Shown here: positions 1 to 8,154 of the stretch, one piece after another | Numbering within the stretch: the first letter of the stretch is position 1 | Layout: each line of letters begins with the position of its first letter | Assembly: GCA_965223295.1 (NCBI GenBank) | Contig: CBDCWC010000003.1 | Span: 32,001 to 96,000, forward strand | DNA length: 64,000 nucleotides | Reading direction: 5' to 3' | Source of the DNA: Nitrospirales bacterium | GTDB lineage: Bacteria; Nitrospirota; Nitrospiria; Nitrospirales; UBA8639 | Position numbers and translations under genes: made by a program | The notes under the pieces: generated by a model | What the model was told of the DNA's origin: nothing | Seen by the model: only the letters and a program-made list of their open reading frames with translations | Databases searched by the model: none

Positions 1-462
1 GTTCGCCATTTTGTCGAACTCGGGAAAAAAGATGGACAGTGCATCTTGGATCGACAAGTCATGGGCCCAGGCTACTTCCAAGGGCCGGTCATTCTGACAA
101 ACCTTCCGCCTTCCCACCCCGTCGTTCAAGAAGAACTATTTGGACCTGTCATGGTGGTGTTTCAAGTTCAGACAATTCAAGAAGCCTTAACACTCGCCAA
201 CGATTCTCCATTTGCCCTGACAGGAGGGATTTACTCCCGTAGTCCTGCTAACCTTCAAACGGTTCGTGAAACGTTTGATGTGGGAAACCTCTACATCAAT
301 CGACCCATAACTGGATCACTAGTGAGTCGACAACCATTTGGAGGTCATCGACTCTCTGGGATTGGGAAGAAAGCCGGGGGGCACGGATATCTTGAACAAT
401 TCATGGTCGAAAAGATCACCACAGAAAATACTCTCCGCCGAGGTTTTGCTCCAACCTCATAA
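1..462 (+). CDS. putA: C-terminal part of aldehyde dehydrogenase-family protein, most likely P5C dehydrogenase domain of PutA (5' truncated by window)
   Basis: Frame open from base 1; EELFGPV, ALTGGIYSRS, GNLYINRPITG and QPFGGHRLSG motifs typical of P5CDH; end ENTLRRGFAP. Confidence 0.75.
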   Translation, partial: VRHFVELGKKDGQCILDRQVMGPGYFQGPVILTNLPPSHPVVQEELFGPVMVVFQVQTIQEALTLANDSPFALTGGIYSRSPANLQTVRETFDVGNLYINRPITGSLVSRQPFGGHRLSGIGKKAGGHGYLEQFMVEKITTENTLRRGFAPTS

Positions 463-644
463 GACATAATCTATCCGAAAACAACCAGTTTCAGGTTCAC
501 CTTCTCTGTCTCAAAACCTTCATTGTACAAATGAGAACTTTTCAACATGCGACCAGAACTCTCAAAACCTCAATAAAATCCACAACCTAGATACAGGTCA
601 AATGGATACAAAAAAGGGAACACTGTTCTCAAAGATTCGCCTCA

Positions 645-673
645 TTGACATTTTTTCTACAGAGGCATAACAT
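645..673 (+). promoter_or_regulatory. sigma70-type promoter of orphan transcript
   Basis: TTGACA (645-650), 17 nt spacer, TAACAT (668-673). Confidence 0.65.
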
Positions 674-679
674 TCTACA

Positions 680-1150
680 CGGTAGAGGTTTATAGACCTG
701 GGAACGGGGAGATACGACGTACTTTCCCGCCCCAGATTTCAATATGAGGAGGTTGCAATATGAACGACCTCAGTCCACCAAAAAAGTAAGGCCCGTGGCG
801 GGCGCAAGTATGATCTCCTCTACTCTGGAGGACGACTCTAGAAAGGATATCTCATCAACAACACCGATGCTGTAGGCATGTGATAGGTCTGAAGGCCTTA
901 AGATATGTTCAAGTGAGATCCACTTTCTACGGTCAAAGAATTTGTGGGGTACGTCATTGACAAGTCAACACATATTAAAAGGTTCAAGAGGAACCCAACC
1001 ACAATAGTCTACTCTCCAAGGGCCTAGATGCCGACGGCGAAAAGGAAGGGGAGATTTCGCAGCCATCGGGTTACAGACAATTGAATTTCCGGCACATCAT
1101 GTGCCTATTGAACGAGGGCCCTCTTTTCTATGAAAAGAGGGCCCTCGTTT
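680..1150 (+). ncRNA. candidate structured non-coding/dual-function RNA of unknown family
   Basis: Bounded by a consensus promoter and an 18-bp hairpin; no ORF of 60 aa or more in the track; about ten consecutive short stem-loops. Confidence 0.45.
1111..1150 (+). terminator. intrinsic terminator-like hairpin
   Basis: AACGAGGGCCCTCTTTTC-tat-GAAAAGAGGGCCCTCGTT perfect 18-bp stem ending in a short T run. Confidence 0.75.
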
Positions 1151-1514
1151 GTGAACCAGCAAAAAAACGAAAATAATTTCTGTTAAAATCTATTCCTGTG
1201 ATCTCCAGTTCCCTAAGATCTACTCTCCGCAAGTCCCAACTTGCGAGGTTAGGTTTTTACCTTCCTTGAACAAGGCGATGAATTGAGTAATCCTCGCATC
1301 TTCAGGTAACTGACACACAGGATCTGTTGGAATCTTTCGCTCCACAGATTGTACCCTTTTCCTCTATTCGTGCTCTCCAGCCAGAACCTCTGATAAAAAC
1401 TTCCTTTAGGTTTTTTCTTATCCAGTAGACATCCTTTGGCATAGAGAGGCACAAAAGGCCAATTTGAGTCAAATGCAGGTCAATCGGTTTTTGCCATTTT
1501 TTAGGTTCAACCCC

Positions 1515-1541
1515 TAAATTCTGTCTTGTATTTACCGATTG
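1515..1541 (+). promoter_or_regulatory. sigma28 (FliA)-like promoter of motAB
   Basis: TAAA-N15-ACCGATTG versus consensus TAAA-N15-GCCGATAA, upstream of stator genes. Confidence 0.5.
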
Positions 1542-1727
1542 ATAGTAGTTAAGAAGCTGCAGAAGACGAGAAAACTCCGATGCCTCAACAAATGGTGTAT
1601 GACGGAAAGCTCAGAAGTCTCGCTGTTTGAAAGTTCTGACCCAGGACCCTACACGCAGGTGACTAATGTCCCGTTCTTACCCACTCGCTCGAGAGTTTCA
1701 CTTAACTAAGTACTGGGAGTTTTTATC

Positions 1728-2585
1728 ATGCTAGTTATCGTTGGATACATTATCATTATTATTTCTGTATTTGGCGGCTTTGCACTCGCTGGTGGACATA
1801 TCGCCTCACTTTGGCAACCAGTTGAAGTACTCATGATCGCTGGCGGTGCAATCGGAGCATTTGTGGTCGGGAACTCAAACAAAGCCATTAAGGCCACACT
1901 GAAAAACTTGCCCGGCGTGTTTAAAGAAACTCCATATAATAAAGCCATGTACATGCAACTCATGTCATTACTCTACCTGATCTTAAATAAAATCAAAAAA
2001 GAAGGCTTGTTATCAATTGAAGCTGACGTTGACAATCCAAAACAAAGCGACATATTCAAAAAGTTCCCCAAAATTCTTGAAGATCATCATGCGACTGAAT
2101 TTTTGACTGATTATTTAAGACTGATGGTTGGAGGCAACCTCAATTCGATGGAAATTGAGAATTTGATGGATTGTGAATTGGAAACACACCATCAGGAAGG
2201 AGAAGTGCCCATTCATACTCTTTCCAAGCTTGGGGATGGATTGCCAGCATTTGGTATTATTGCTGCCGTTATGGGCGTTGTCCATACGATGGAATCAGTG
2301 CATCTCCCTCCCTCTGAATTAGGCGTGCTGATTGCTGCTGCATTAGTGGGAACCTTTTTAGGTATTCTCCTTGCCTATGGATTTATCAGTCCCCTAGCCG
2401 GCAAGCTTGAACATCGACTCCATGAATCGAGCAAATTATTTGAATGTATAAAAATCACACTGTTAGCAAATCTTAACGGGTACTCTCCCGTGCTGGCTTG
2501 TGAGTTTGGCAGGAAAGCCTTATTTACAAGTGAAAGGCCATCATTTTTGGAATTGGAAAAGCATATAAAGGGAAGTAAAGGCTGA
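1728..2585 (+). CDS. motA: flagellar motor stator protein MotA
   Basis: N-terminal TM pair, GLLSIEADV, LPAFGIIAAVMGVV, AALVGTFLGILLAYGF, EFGRK motifs. Confidence 0.95.
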   Translation: MLVIVGYIIIIISVFGGFALAGGHIASLWQPVEVLMIAGGAIGAFVVGNSNKAIKATLKNLPGVFKETPYNKAMYMQLMSLLYLILNKIKKEGLLSIEADVDNPKQSDIFKKFPKILEDHHATEFLTDYLRLMVGGNLNSMEIENLMDCELETHHQEGEVPIHTLSKLGDGLPAFGIIAAVMGVVHTMESVHLPPSELGVLIAAALVGTFLGILLAYGFISPLAGKLEHRLHESSKLFECIKITLLANLNGYSPVLACEFGRKALFTSERPSFLELEKHIKGSKG

Positions 2586-2627
2586 CAATCATACTCATTA
2601 ATGATATCCCGCTACTGAAGGTAACAT

Positions 2628-3515
2628 ATGGCTGAAAAAGCGTCCCAACAACCTATTGTCGTAAAAAAAGTCAAGAAAGTTGTAAGTGGCGGGCATGGCG
2701 GAGCTTGGAAAATTGCCTACGCTGACTTTGTGACCGCTATGATGGCCTTTTTTCTATTGATGTGGTTATTGGGATCAGTAGATGGGGGGAAACTAGTAGG
2801 AATTGCCGAGTATTTTAAAACCCCATTACAAGTGGCAATGGGAAAGCCTGGGACTGGTGATGCATCAAGTGTTGTAGAAGGTGGAGGAAAAGATCTGACA
2901 CGCGATACGGGTCAAGTGCAAAAAGGCGCGGCACAGAGCCCTATAGACAGTACTGCCCGAGCGGCACGTGCACGCGAAGAGGTTATTCGCCTGAAGCAAT
3001 TAAAAAGCAAAATCGAAAAAGCCATTGAAGTCAATCCGGCATTACGAAAATTTAAAGACCAGCTACTGTTGGATATCACTACAGATGGTCTGCGTATCCA
3101 AATTGTTGATGCACGAAATCGCCCCATGTTTGCAAGTGGACGAGCAGACGTGCAGCCCTATACACGAGCGATACTCCGTGAGATTGGCGAGACTCTCAAT
3201 AATGTTCCCAATAAGATTAGTCTTTCAGGACATACTGATGCCACACCATTCCCTTCTGGGAACAACGGATATAGTAACTGGGAACTGTCTGCAGATCGTG
3301 CAAATGCCTCAAGAAGAGAACTAGTTGCAGGCGGTATGGACACGAACAAAGTGTTACGAGTCGTAGGGTTATCGTCTGCAGTTTTATTTGACAAAAATGA
3401 GCCACATAACCCCATCAATCGTCGTATTTCTATTACAGTGATGAACCAAAAGGCTGAAAACGCAGTGACAAAAGATGTTGGCGGCAACCAACTAACTTTC
3501 AATTCAGGCCTTTAA
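2628..3515 (+). CDS. motB: flagellar motor stator protein MotB
   Basis: HGGAWKIAYADFVTAMMAFF with conserved Asp; OmpA-like PG-binding domain (GHTD, NWELSADRA, NRRI). Confidence 0.95.
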   Translation: MAEKASQQPIVVKKVKKVVSGGHGGAWKIAYADFVTAMMAFFLLMWLLGSVDGGKLVGIAEYFKTPLQVAMGKPGTGDASSVVEGGGKDLTRDTGQVQKGAAQSPIDSTARAARAREEVIRLKQLKSKIEKAIEVNPALRKFKDQLLLDITTDGLRIQIVDARNRPMFASGRADVQPYTRAILREIGETLNNVPNKISLSGHTDATPFPSGNNGYSNWELSADRANASRRELVAGGMDTNKVLRVVGLSSAVLFDKNEPHNPINRRISITVMNQKAENAVTKDVGGNQLTFNSGL

Positions 3516-3551
3516 TCTGAATTCGATATTTTCGTAGTATCGAGTACTGTC

Positions 3552-4319
3552 ATGTTATTACACACTTCAACTAGCCGCTCTCCTGCATGCGTCGCACTAC
3601 TCACACAAGTCGGTTCTTCGCTCACGATCCTTCTCCTAATCATCATTTTTCCTGACCACAAACTCAGCATATTTCAATGGGCCATGACGCAAGGGGTTCT
3701 CGCTGCCATGATGGGTCTTCGATTGCAAATGGCGAAATGGTGGATAATCATACACTTGCTATTTATGCCTACACTCATCGCAACTTTAACGTTAGACCTG
3801 CCTCCGATCTGGTTTTTCATAGGATTTCTGGTATTAATGTTGATTTATGGAAAAACCTATCAGACTCAAGTCCCACTCTATCTTTCAAGTCAAGAAGTGA
3901 CGAAGGCACTAGTTTCATTTCTTCCTCAGCAGAGCAATTTTTCGTTTATTGATCTGGGCTGTGGATGCGGTGGACTCCTAAAAAACCTCAGTCAAATGCA
4001 GTCGAATGGCATCTACTATGGGATTGAAGCTGCACCTCTACCATACTTAGTGAGCAAGCTACGAAATCTAGTTTCTGCACCCAACAATAGAATTAGATGG
4101 GGAAATTTTTGGAAAAATAACCTCACGCATTATGATGTGGTCTATGCCTACCTCTCTCCTGTACCCATGAAATCACTGTGGGAAAAGGCACAACAGGAAA
4201 TGCAACCTGGCAGTATTTTTATCAGTAACAGTTTTAGCATCCCAGGCGTTTTGCCCGAGAAAGTCTTAACAATCAATGATTGTTCTGGTTCAACTTTATA
4301 TATGTGGCGGATAGAATGA
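3552..4319 (+). CDS. membrane-anchored class I SAM-dependent methyltransferase
   Basis: Hydrophobic N-terminal ~100 aa; VPLYLS, FIDLGCGCGG (motif I), YDVVYAYLSP. Confidence 0.8.
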   Translation: MLLHTSTSRSPACVALLTQVGSSLTILLLIIIFPDHKLSIFQWAMTQGVLAAMMGLRLQMAKWWIIIHLLFMPTLIATLTLDLPPIWFFIGFLVLMLIYGKTYQTQVPLYLSSQEVTKALVSFLPQQSNFSFIDLGCGCGGLLKNLSQMQSNGIYYGIEAAPLPYLVSKLRNLVSAPNNRIRWGNFWKNNLTHYDVVYAYLSPVPMKSLWEKAQQEMQPGSIFISNSFSIPGVLPEKVLTINDCSGSTLYMWRIE

Positions 4320-4364
4320 GAGCTTGCTGAAGAAATCGCCACGACAGGATTTAGAAGGAAAAAA

Positions 4365-4410
4365 TGGTTGGGGGAAAAGGATTCGAACCCTCACAATCAG
4401 AACCAGAATC
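4365..4410 (-). repeat. duplicated 3' part of tRNA-Gln (att-like direct repeat)
   Basis: 46 nt matching 5386-5431 with 2 mismatches, from the anticodon loop to CCA. Confidence 0.9.
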
Positions 4411-4746
4411 CTATACCACCAACTTGTGATCCAGGGTGATTAGGTGAGATGGAATGCCACAACCCTTGCACCAAGACAAGGCGTTCAAGCGTTTTGGTTG
4501 TGATCTAGTGTGATTGAGATAGATCTTGAACTGGGAGTATTTTTTTAAACGGTTCATGATAGCAAACGAAATTCACAGCTATCGAATCAGGTAGGACTCA
4601 GGCAAGCAGATAGAGTTACTGAAACTAAAACGCTTCTGAGAAATATAGGGTTTCGATTTCTTGGTTCATATGAAGTGCTTCGGTTTTCATGTAGCTCGAT
4701 CTGGCAAAAGCCGGTTGCCTTGACAATAAAAAATACCCTTTCAAGG

Positions 4747-4779
4747 AAAAGGAGGAGGCCCCATAGCACCTCCCCCTTC
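4747..4779 (-). terminator. intrinsic terminator after His-repeat gene
   Basis: Minus strand AAGGGGGAGG-tgctatgggg-CCTCCTCCTT followed by further T. Confidence 0.55.
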
Positions 4780-4791
4780 AAATGCTAAGAA

Positions 4792-5086
4792 TTAGTGGGC
4801 TTTCTTGGCATGCCCTTTCTTTTTCCCATGGTCATCTCCGGCCTTCCCGTGCTCGTCACCGGCTTTTCCATGGTCTTGTCCTGCTTGACCATGTTCGCTC
4901 CCCTTACCATGCTCACCGGCTTTTCGATGACTATCACCGGCCTTCCCGTGTTTCTCACCAGCTTTACCCTTAGCAATCATGATGGGTGACCCCTGGGGGG
5001 ATAATTCGACGGCTTGTGCCGCACCGAATCCTATAAAGGAAATACCAAAGACCCCCAACAATTAGAAACGAAAAAGTTTTAGCCAT
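4792..5086 (-). pseudogene. small secreted His/Gly/Lys-repeat protein, interrupted by a 1-nt frameshift (real lesion or sequencing error)
   Basis: AGGAGG RBS before ATG at 5086; removing one G from the G5 run (5052-5056) gives MAKTFSFLIVGVFGISFIGFGAAQA signal peptide followed by about 8 HGKAG(D/E)x-type repeats. Confidence 0.7.
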
Positions 5087-5210
5087 TCTGGCCGTCCTCC
5101 TGTTAAGGGAAAAGATTGGATCCTCGAGTGTCCCAAGCTGGAGCACTTTCTTGAGGACCACTCGTAACACTCGATAAATCTTATCAGGCCATAGACTAAT
5201 TACAAGGGCC

Positions 5211-5338
5211 AATAATTGATCCCCGCCGCAAGCAGACGGGGTATTCAATGGAAGCATTATCGGTTGAGAAACCACGGTTTCTCAAACTCTCCCCTTGGTT
5301 AGGCATCCCCATAGCAAGCTATGGGGAATACTTTGATT
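5211..5338. repeat. three-hairpin non-autonomous element (IS200/IS605-end or REP-like, PATE-like)
   Basis: Hairpins CCCCG..GCAAGC..CGGGG (5219-5244), TTGAGAAACC-ac-GGTTTCTCAA (5264-5285), TCCCCATAGC-aa-GCTATGGGGA (5306-5327). Confidence 0.55.
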
Positions 5339-5385
5339 CAAATGGTTTTGGTAAACTCTAGCCGGAATCTAATGGGGAGAAAAGC

Positions 5386-5459
5386 TGGCTGGGGGAGAAG
5401 GATTCGAACCCTCACAATCAGAACCAGAATCTGACGTCCTACCCTTAGACGATCCCCCA
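5386..5459 (-). tRNA. tRNA-Gln(CUG)
   Basis: 74-nt cloverleaf; acceptor TGGGGGA/TCCCCCA, anticodon arm TCAGA-TT-CTG-GT-TCTGA, GGTTCGAATCC T-arm, encoded CCA. Confidence 0.95.
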
Positions 5460-5469
5460 ACGTAGAATG

Positions 5470-5498
5470 AGCTTAATTCAGGATTGACATGCAGTCAA
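5470..5498 (-). promoter_or_regulatory. sigma70-type promoter of tRNA-Gln
   Basis: Minus strand TTGACT-N17-TAAGCT about 10 nt upstream of the tRNA 5' end. Confidence 0.55.
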
Positions 5499-5620
5499 GA
5501 CGAAGAAGGGAACTTCTGTAACGATTCCTTCAGACACTTTTCCTGCCGAGCATTTTCCCCTCACCCCACCCTCTTCCCCAAGGGCCAGGGATCAGAAAGA
5601 AAAATAGCCGCTCTAGAAGA

Positions 5621-7036
5621 TTAAATTCTTAGGGCATGTTCAACGCCAGCACGGATTCGTTGGACGGTGCGGTCTTTTCCTAGTAAAGCCATGACTTCAT
5701 AAATGCCTGGGCTGACGGTTCGCCCTGTGAGGGCAACACGCAAAGGTTGTGCGACTTTTCCCATTTTTAACCCATGACGTTCAATCAAACCCTTTAACAT
5801 AGTTTCAAGCGTTTCCTTGGAAAAATCCTGCTCCCTTTCAACCAAATCAGCAAATTCCTTTAAAGCGGGAGCAATGGCCGCATTCAAATGTTTGGTGGCA
5901 GCAGCTTCATCCATTGTGACAGATTCCATAAGATAGGGCGCGGCACCTTCCACCATATCTAACAGGGTCTCTGAACGTTCCCGCAATGGAGGAATTAAGG
6001 CCTCAACCCCTCCAGGAATTCTGCTTATTGCAGCCTGATCATATCCAGCCTTTTGTAAAAATGGCATGAGAGCTTCGGCAACCTGTTTTGACTCATTGTT
6101 TCGAATATATTGTGCATTGACCCATTTCAATTTTTCCGGATTGAAGACTGCGGCCGACGACTGGACATGCTTAAAATCAAAATATTCCACCATTTCTGAA
6201 AGTGAAAAAATTTCCTGATCTCCGTGTGACCACCCCAATCGTACAAGATAGTTGACTAAAGCCTCGGGGAGATAGCCCATTTCCTGATAAGCCAAAACTG
6301 ACGTGGCCCCGTGCCGCTTGGAAAGCCTCGCTTTATCTGAACCCAAAATCATCGGGAGGTGGGCAAATTGAGGAACAGCAAAATCCAAAGCCTCAAAAAG
6401 TGGGACCTGACGTGGAGTATTGTTCACATGATCATCTCCCCGAATCACATGAGAAATATTCATCAGCGCATCATCCACCACAACCGAAAAGTTATAGGTG
6501 GCATACCCGTTCGACCGCAAAATAATGAGATCATCTAAAACACTATTCTCAAAAATAATGTCCCCTTTAATAAGATCATGCACAATCGTTTGCCCCTCTT
6601 GAGGAGCGAGGAACCGTAGAGCTGCAGGTTCAGTGGGTTCAGATATGCCACGGTTTCGACAACGTCCATCGTACTTGACGGATTCACCCCGAGCCTGAGC
6701 CTCTTTCCTCCTCGCCTCTAAGTCTTCTGACGTGCACACACACCAGTAGGCTAACCCACGACCGAACAAATCCATTGCTTTTTCTCGATACAGGGCTAAA
6801 CGATCTGTTTGACGGATAGGCCCTTCATCCCAATCTAATCCTGTCCATTTCATCCCATCAAGAATCGCCTGTATTGCCTCATCTGTGGACCGATCCCGAT
6901 CAGTATCCTCTATACGAAGCACGAAGGTTCCTCCCGAATGTCGCGCAAACAGCCAGTTAAACAAAGCCGTCCGCACACCACCAATATGCAGATACCCTGT
7001 GGGGCTTGGGGCAAATCGTACACGTATATCTTTCAT
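5621..7036 (-). CDS. gltX: glutamate--tRNA ligase
   Basis: RVRFAPSPTGYLHIGG, RIEDTD, IRGDDH, LSKRHGA; anticodon-binding domain. Confidence 0.97.
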   Translation of the reverse strand: MKDIRVRFAPSPTGYLHIGGVRTALFNWLFARHSGGTFVLRIEDTDRDRSTDEAIQAILDGMKWTGLDWDEGPIRQTDRLALYREKAMDLFGRGLAYWCVCTSEDLEARRKEAQARGESVKYDGRCRNRGISEPTEPAALRFLAPQEGQTIVHDLIKGDIIFENSVLDDLIILRSNGYATYNFSVVVDDALMNISHVIRGDDHVNNTPRQVPLFEALDFAVPQFAHLPMILGSDKARLSKRHGATSVLAYQEMGYLPEALVNYLVRLGWSHGDQEIFSLSEMVEYFDFKHVQSSAAVFNPEKLKWVNAQYIRNNESKQVAEALMPFLQKAGYDQAAISRIPGGVEALIPPLRERSETLLDMVEGAAPYLMESVTMDEAAATKHLNAAIAPALKEFADLVEREQDFSKETLETMLKGLIERHGLKMGKVAQPLRVALTGRTVSPGIYEVMALLGKDRTVQRIRAGVEHALRI

Positions 7037-7326
7037 CGTAGTTTACGTCTCCTTTTTCCTCGCTATTTCAGAGTAGTTTCACTGCCAACTGAAGCTTTCA
7101 CCCTCATCCTTCTCTTCTCCCTGAAAGCAGTAGGAATATTGAAATCTACCATCAGCAAGATAGGTTACGATACTACCCTTTTTATGCCTTCATTGAATTC
7201 GTTGTTACCACTCCCTATCCCGGTTGGAAAGCAGTAACAGCCCTAGGCTTGTGCTTGCCTTTCTTGGGCCCGAGCCGTAAAATTTCGACTGCTCTAAATA
7301 TTGATCGCTGTGAAGGAGACACACAC

Positions 7327-8028
7327 ATGATCCGGCTGATTCGAGAAGGCTCTTCCAAGTACCCCTGGATTCTCAAATTAATTGTGTTGGGGATTGCCAT
7401 CACCTTCATTGGCGGCATGGGCTGGTACGGGTACGAAGCCTCACAACCCAATGCCGTGGCATCTGTTGGGCCCTACACCGTCACCAAGCAAGAATACCTT
7501 CGGGCCAAACAACGCCTCCACCGCTTCTATCGCGACCAACTCAAACAAGAAGACATTAAAGATGAAACAGTACAACAGTTGGCTATAGATGGACTCGTCA
7601 CAAACAAATCCTGGTTAATCCTGGCTGATGAATTCGATCTTTCGGTTTCACCCAAAGAACTCCATGACGCTATCGTGAATCAAAAGGACTTCCAGAAAGA
7701 CGGAGTCTTTGATCCCCAATATTATCAGCGACTTCTCGCCACCAATCATATCAAGCCTCATGACTATGAGCAGCAACGCCGGAATGAACTTCTGATAGAA
7801 AAGGCCAGACTGTTGGTATCAGAGGCCACAACTCTCACCCCATCCGAACTTCAGGAAGTCAAAGACCTTCATGCTCGACAAACATTGGAGGGCGCAGAAC
7901 CTGATATGACCATGTTTGAACAAATCAAAATGCAATTCGTTATGCAAAAGAAGCAACGAGCCATGCAAGCGTTTCAAGCCGCGCTGCGAGCCCGAGGCAA
8001 CATCACCATTCACGATGAATTACTGTAG
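7327..8028 (+). CDS. SurA/PpiD N-terminal-domain chaperone-like membrane protein
   Basis: AAGGAG RBS; N-terminal TM; AVASVG and FQKDGVFD..YY..LL motifs of the SurA_N domain. Confidence 0.75.
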   Translation: MIRLIREGSSKYPWILKLIVLGIAITFIGGMGWYGYEASQPNAVASVGPYTVTKQEYLRAKQRLHRFYRDQLKQEDIKDETVQQLAIDGLVTNKSWLILADEFDLSVSPKELHDAIVNQKDFQKDGVFDPQYYQRLLATNHIKPHDYEQQRRNELLIEKARLLVSEATTLTPSELQEVKDLHARQTLEGAEPDMTMFEQIKMQFVMQKKQRAMQAFQAALRARGNITIHDELL

Positions 8029-8154
8029 CAGCAAGGCATGAATTGAAAAGGAAAAAATGAAAAGAGATACGTTCGACACAAAGATTCTTGACCCTTAATT
8101 TTCCGCTATTTTCTTTTTCTTTCAACTTACTTCTCACTTTTATCTTTTCCCTTT

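Larger units (their letters stand above)
4365..5431. mobile_element. degenerate tRNA-Gln-integrated island remnant (no integrase)
   Basis: ~1 kb between the tRNA 3' end and its direct-repeat copy. Confidence 0.6.

Noticed and set aside
680-1150. tmRNA, RNase P RNA or CsrB-type identity for the orphan unit
   Set aside because: No tRNA-like ends or tag peptide, no GAGGAAAGUCC motif, and GGA is mostly not in hairpin loops
1542-1727. c-di-GMP riboswitch in the motA leader
   Set aside because: Class I and class II consensus elements not found by eye
1728-3515. Zorya (ZorAB) anti-phage system
   Set aside because: MotA is normal length with no long ZorA tail, motifs are canonical flagellar, and no zorC/D/E follows
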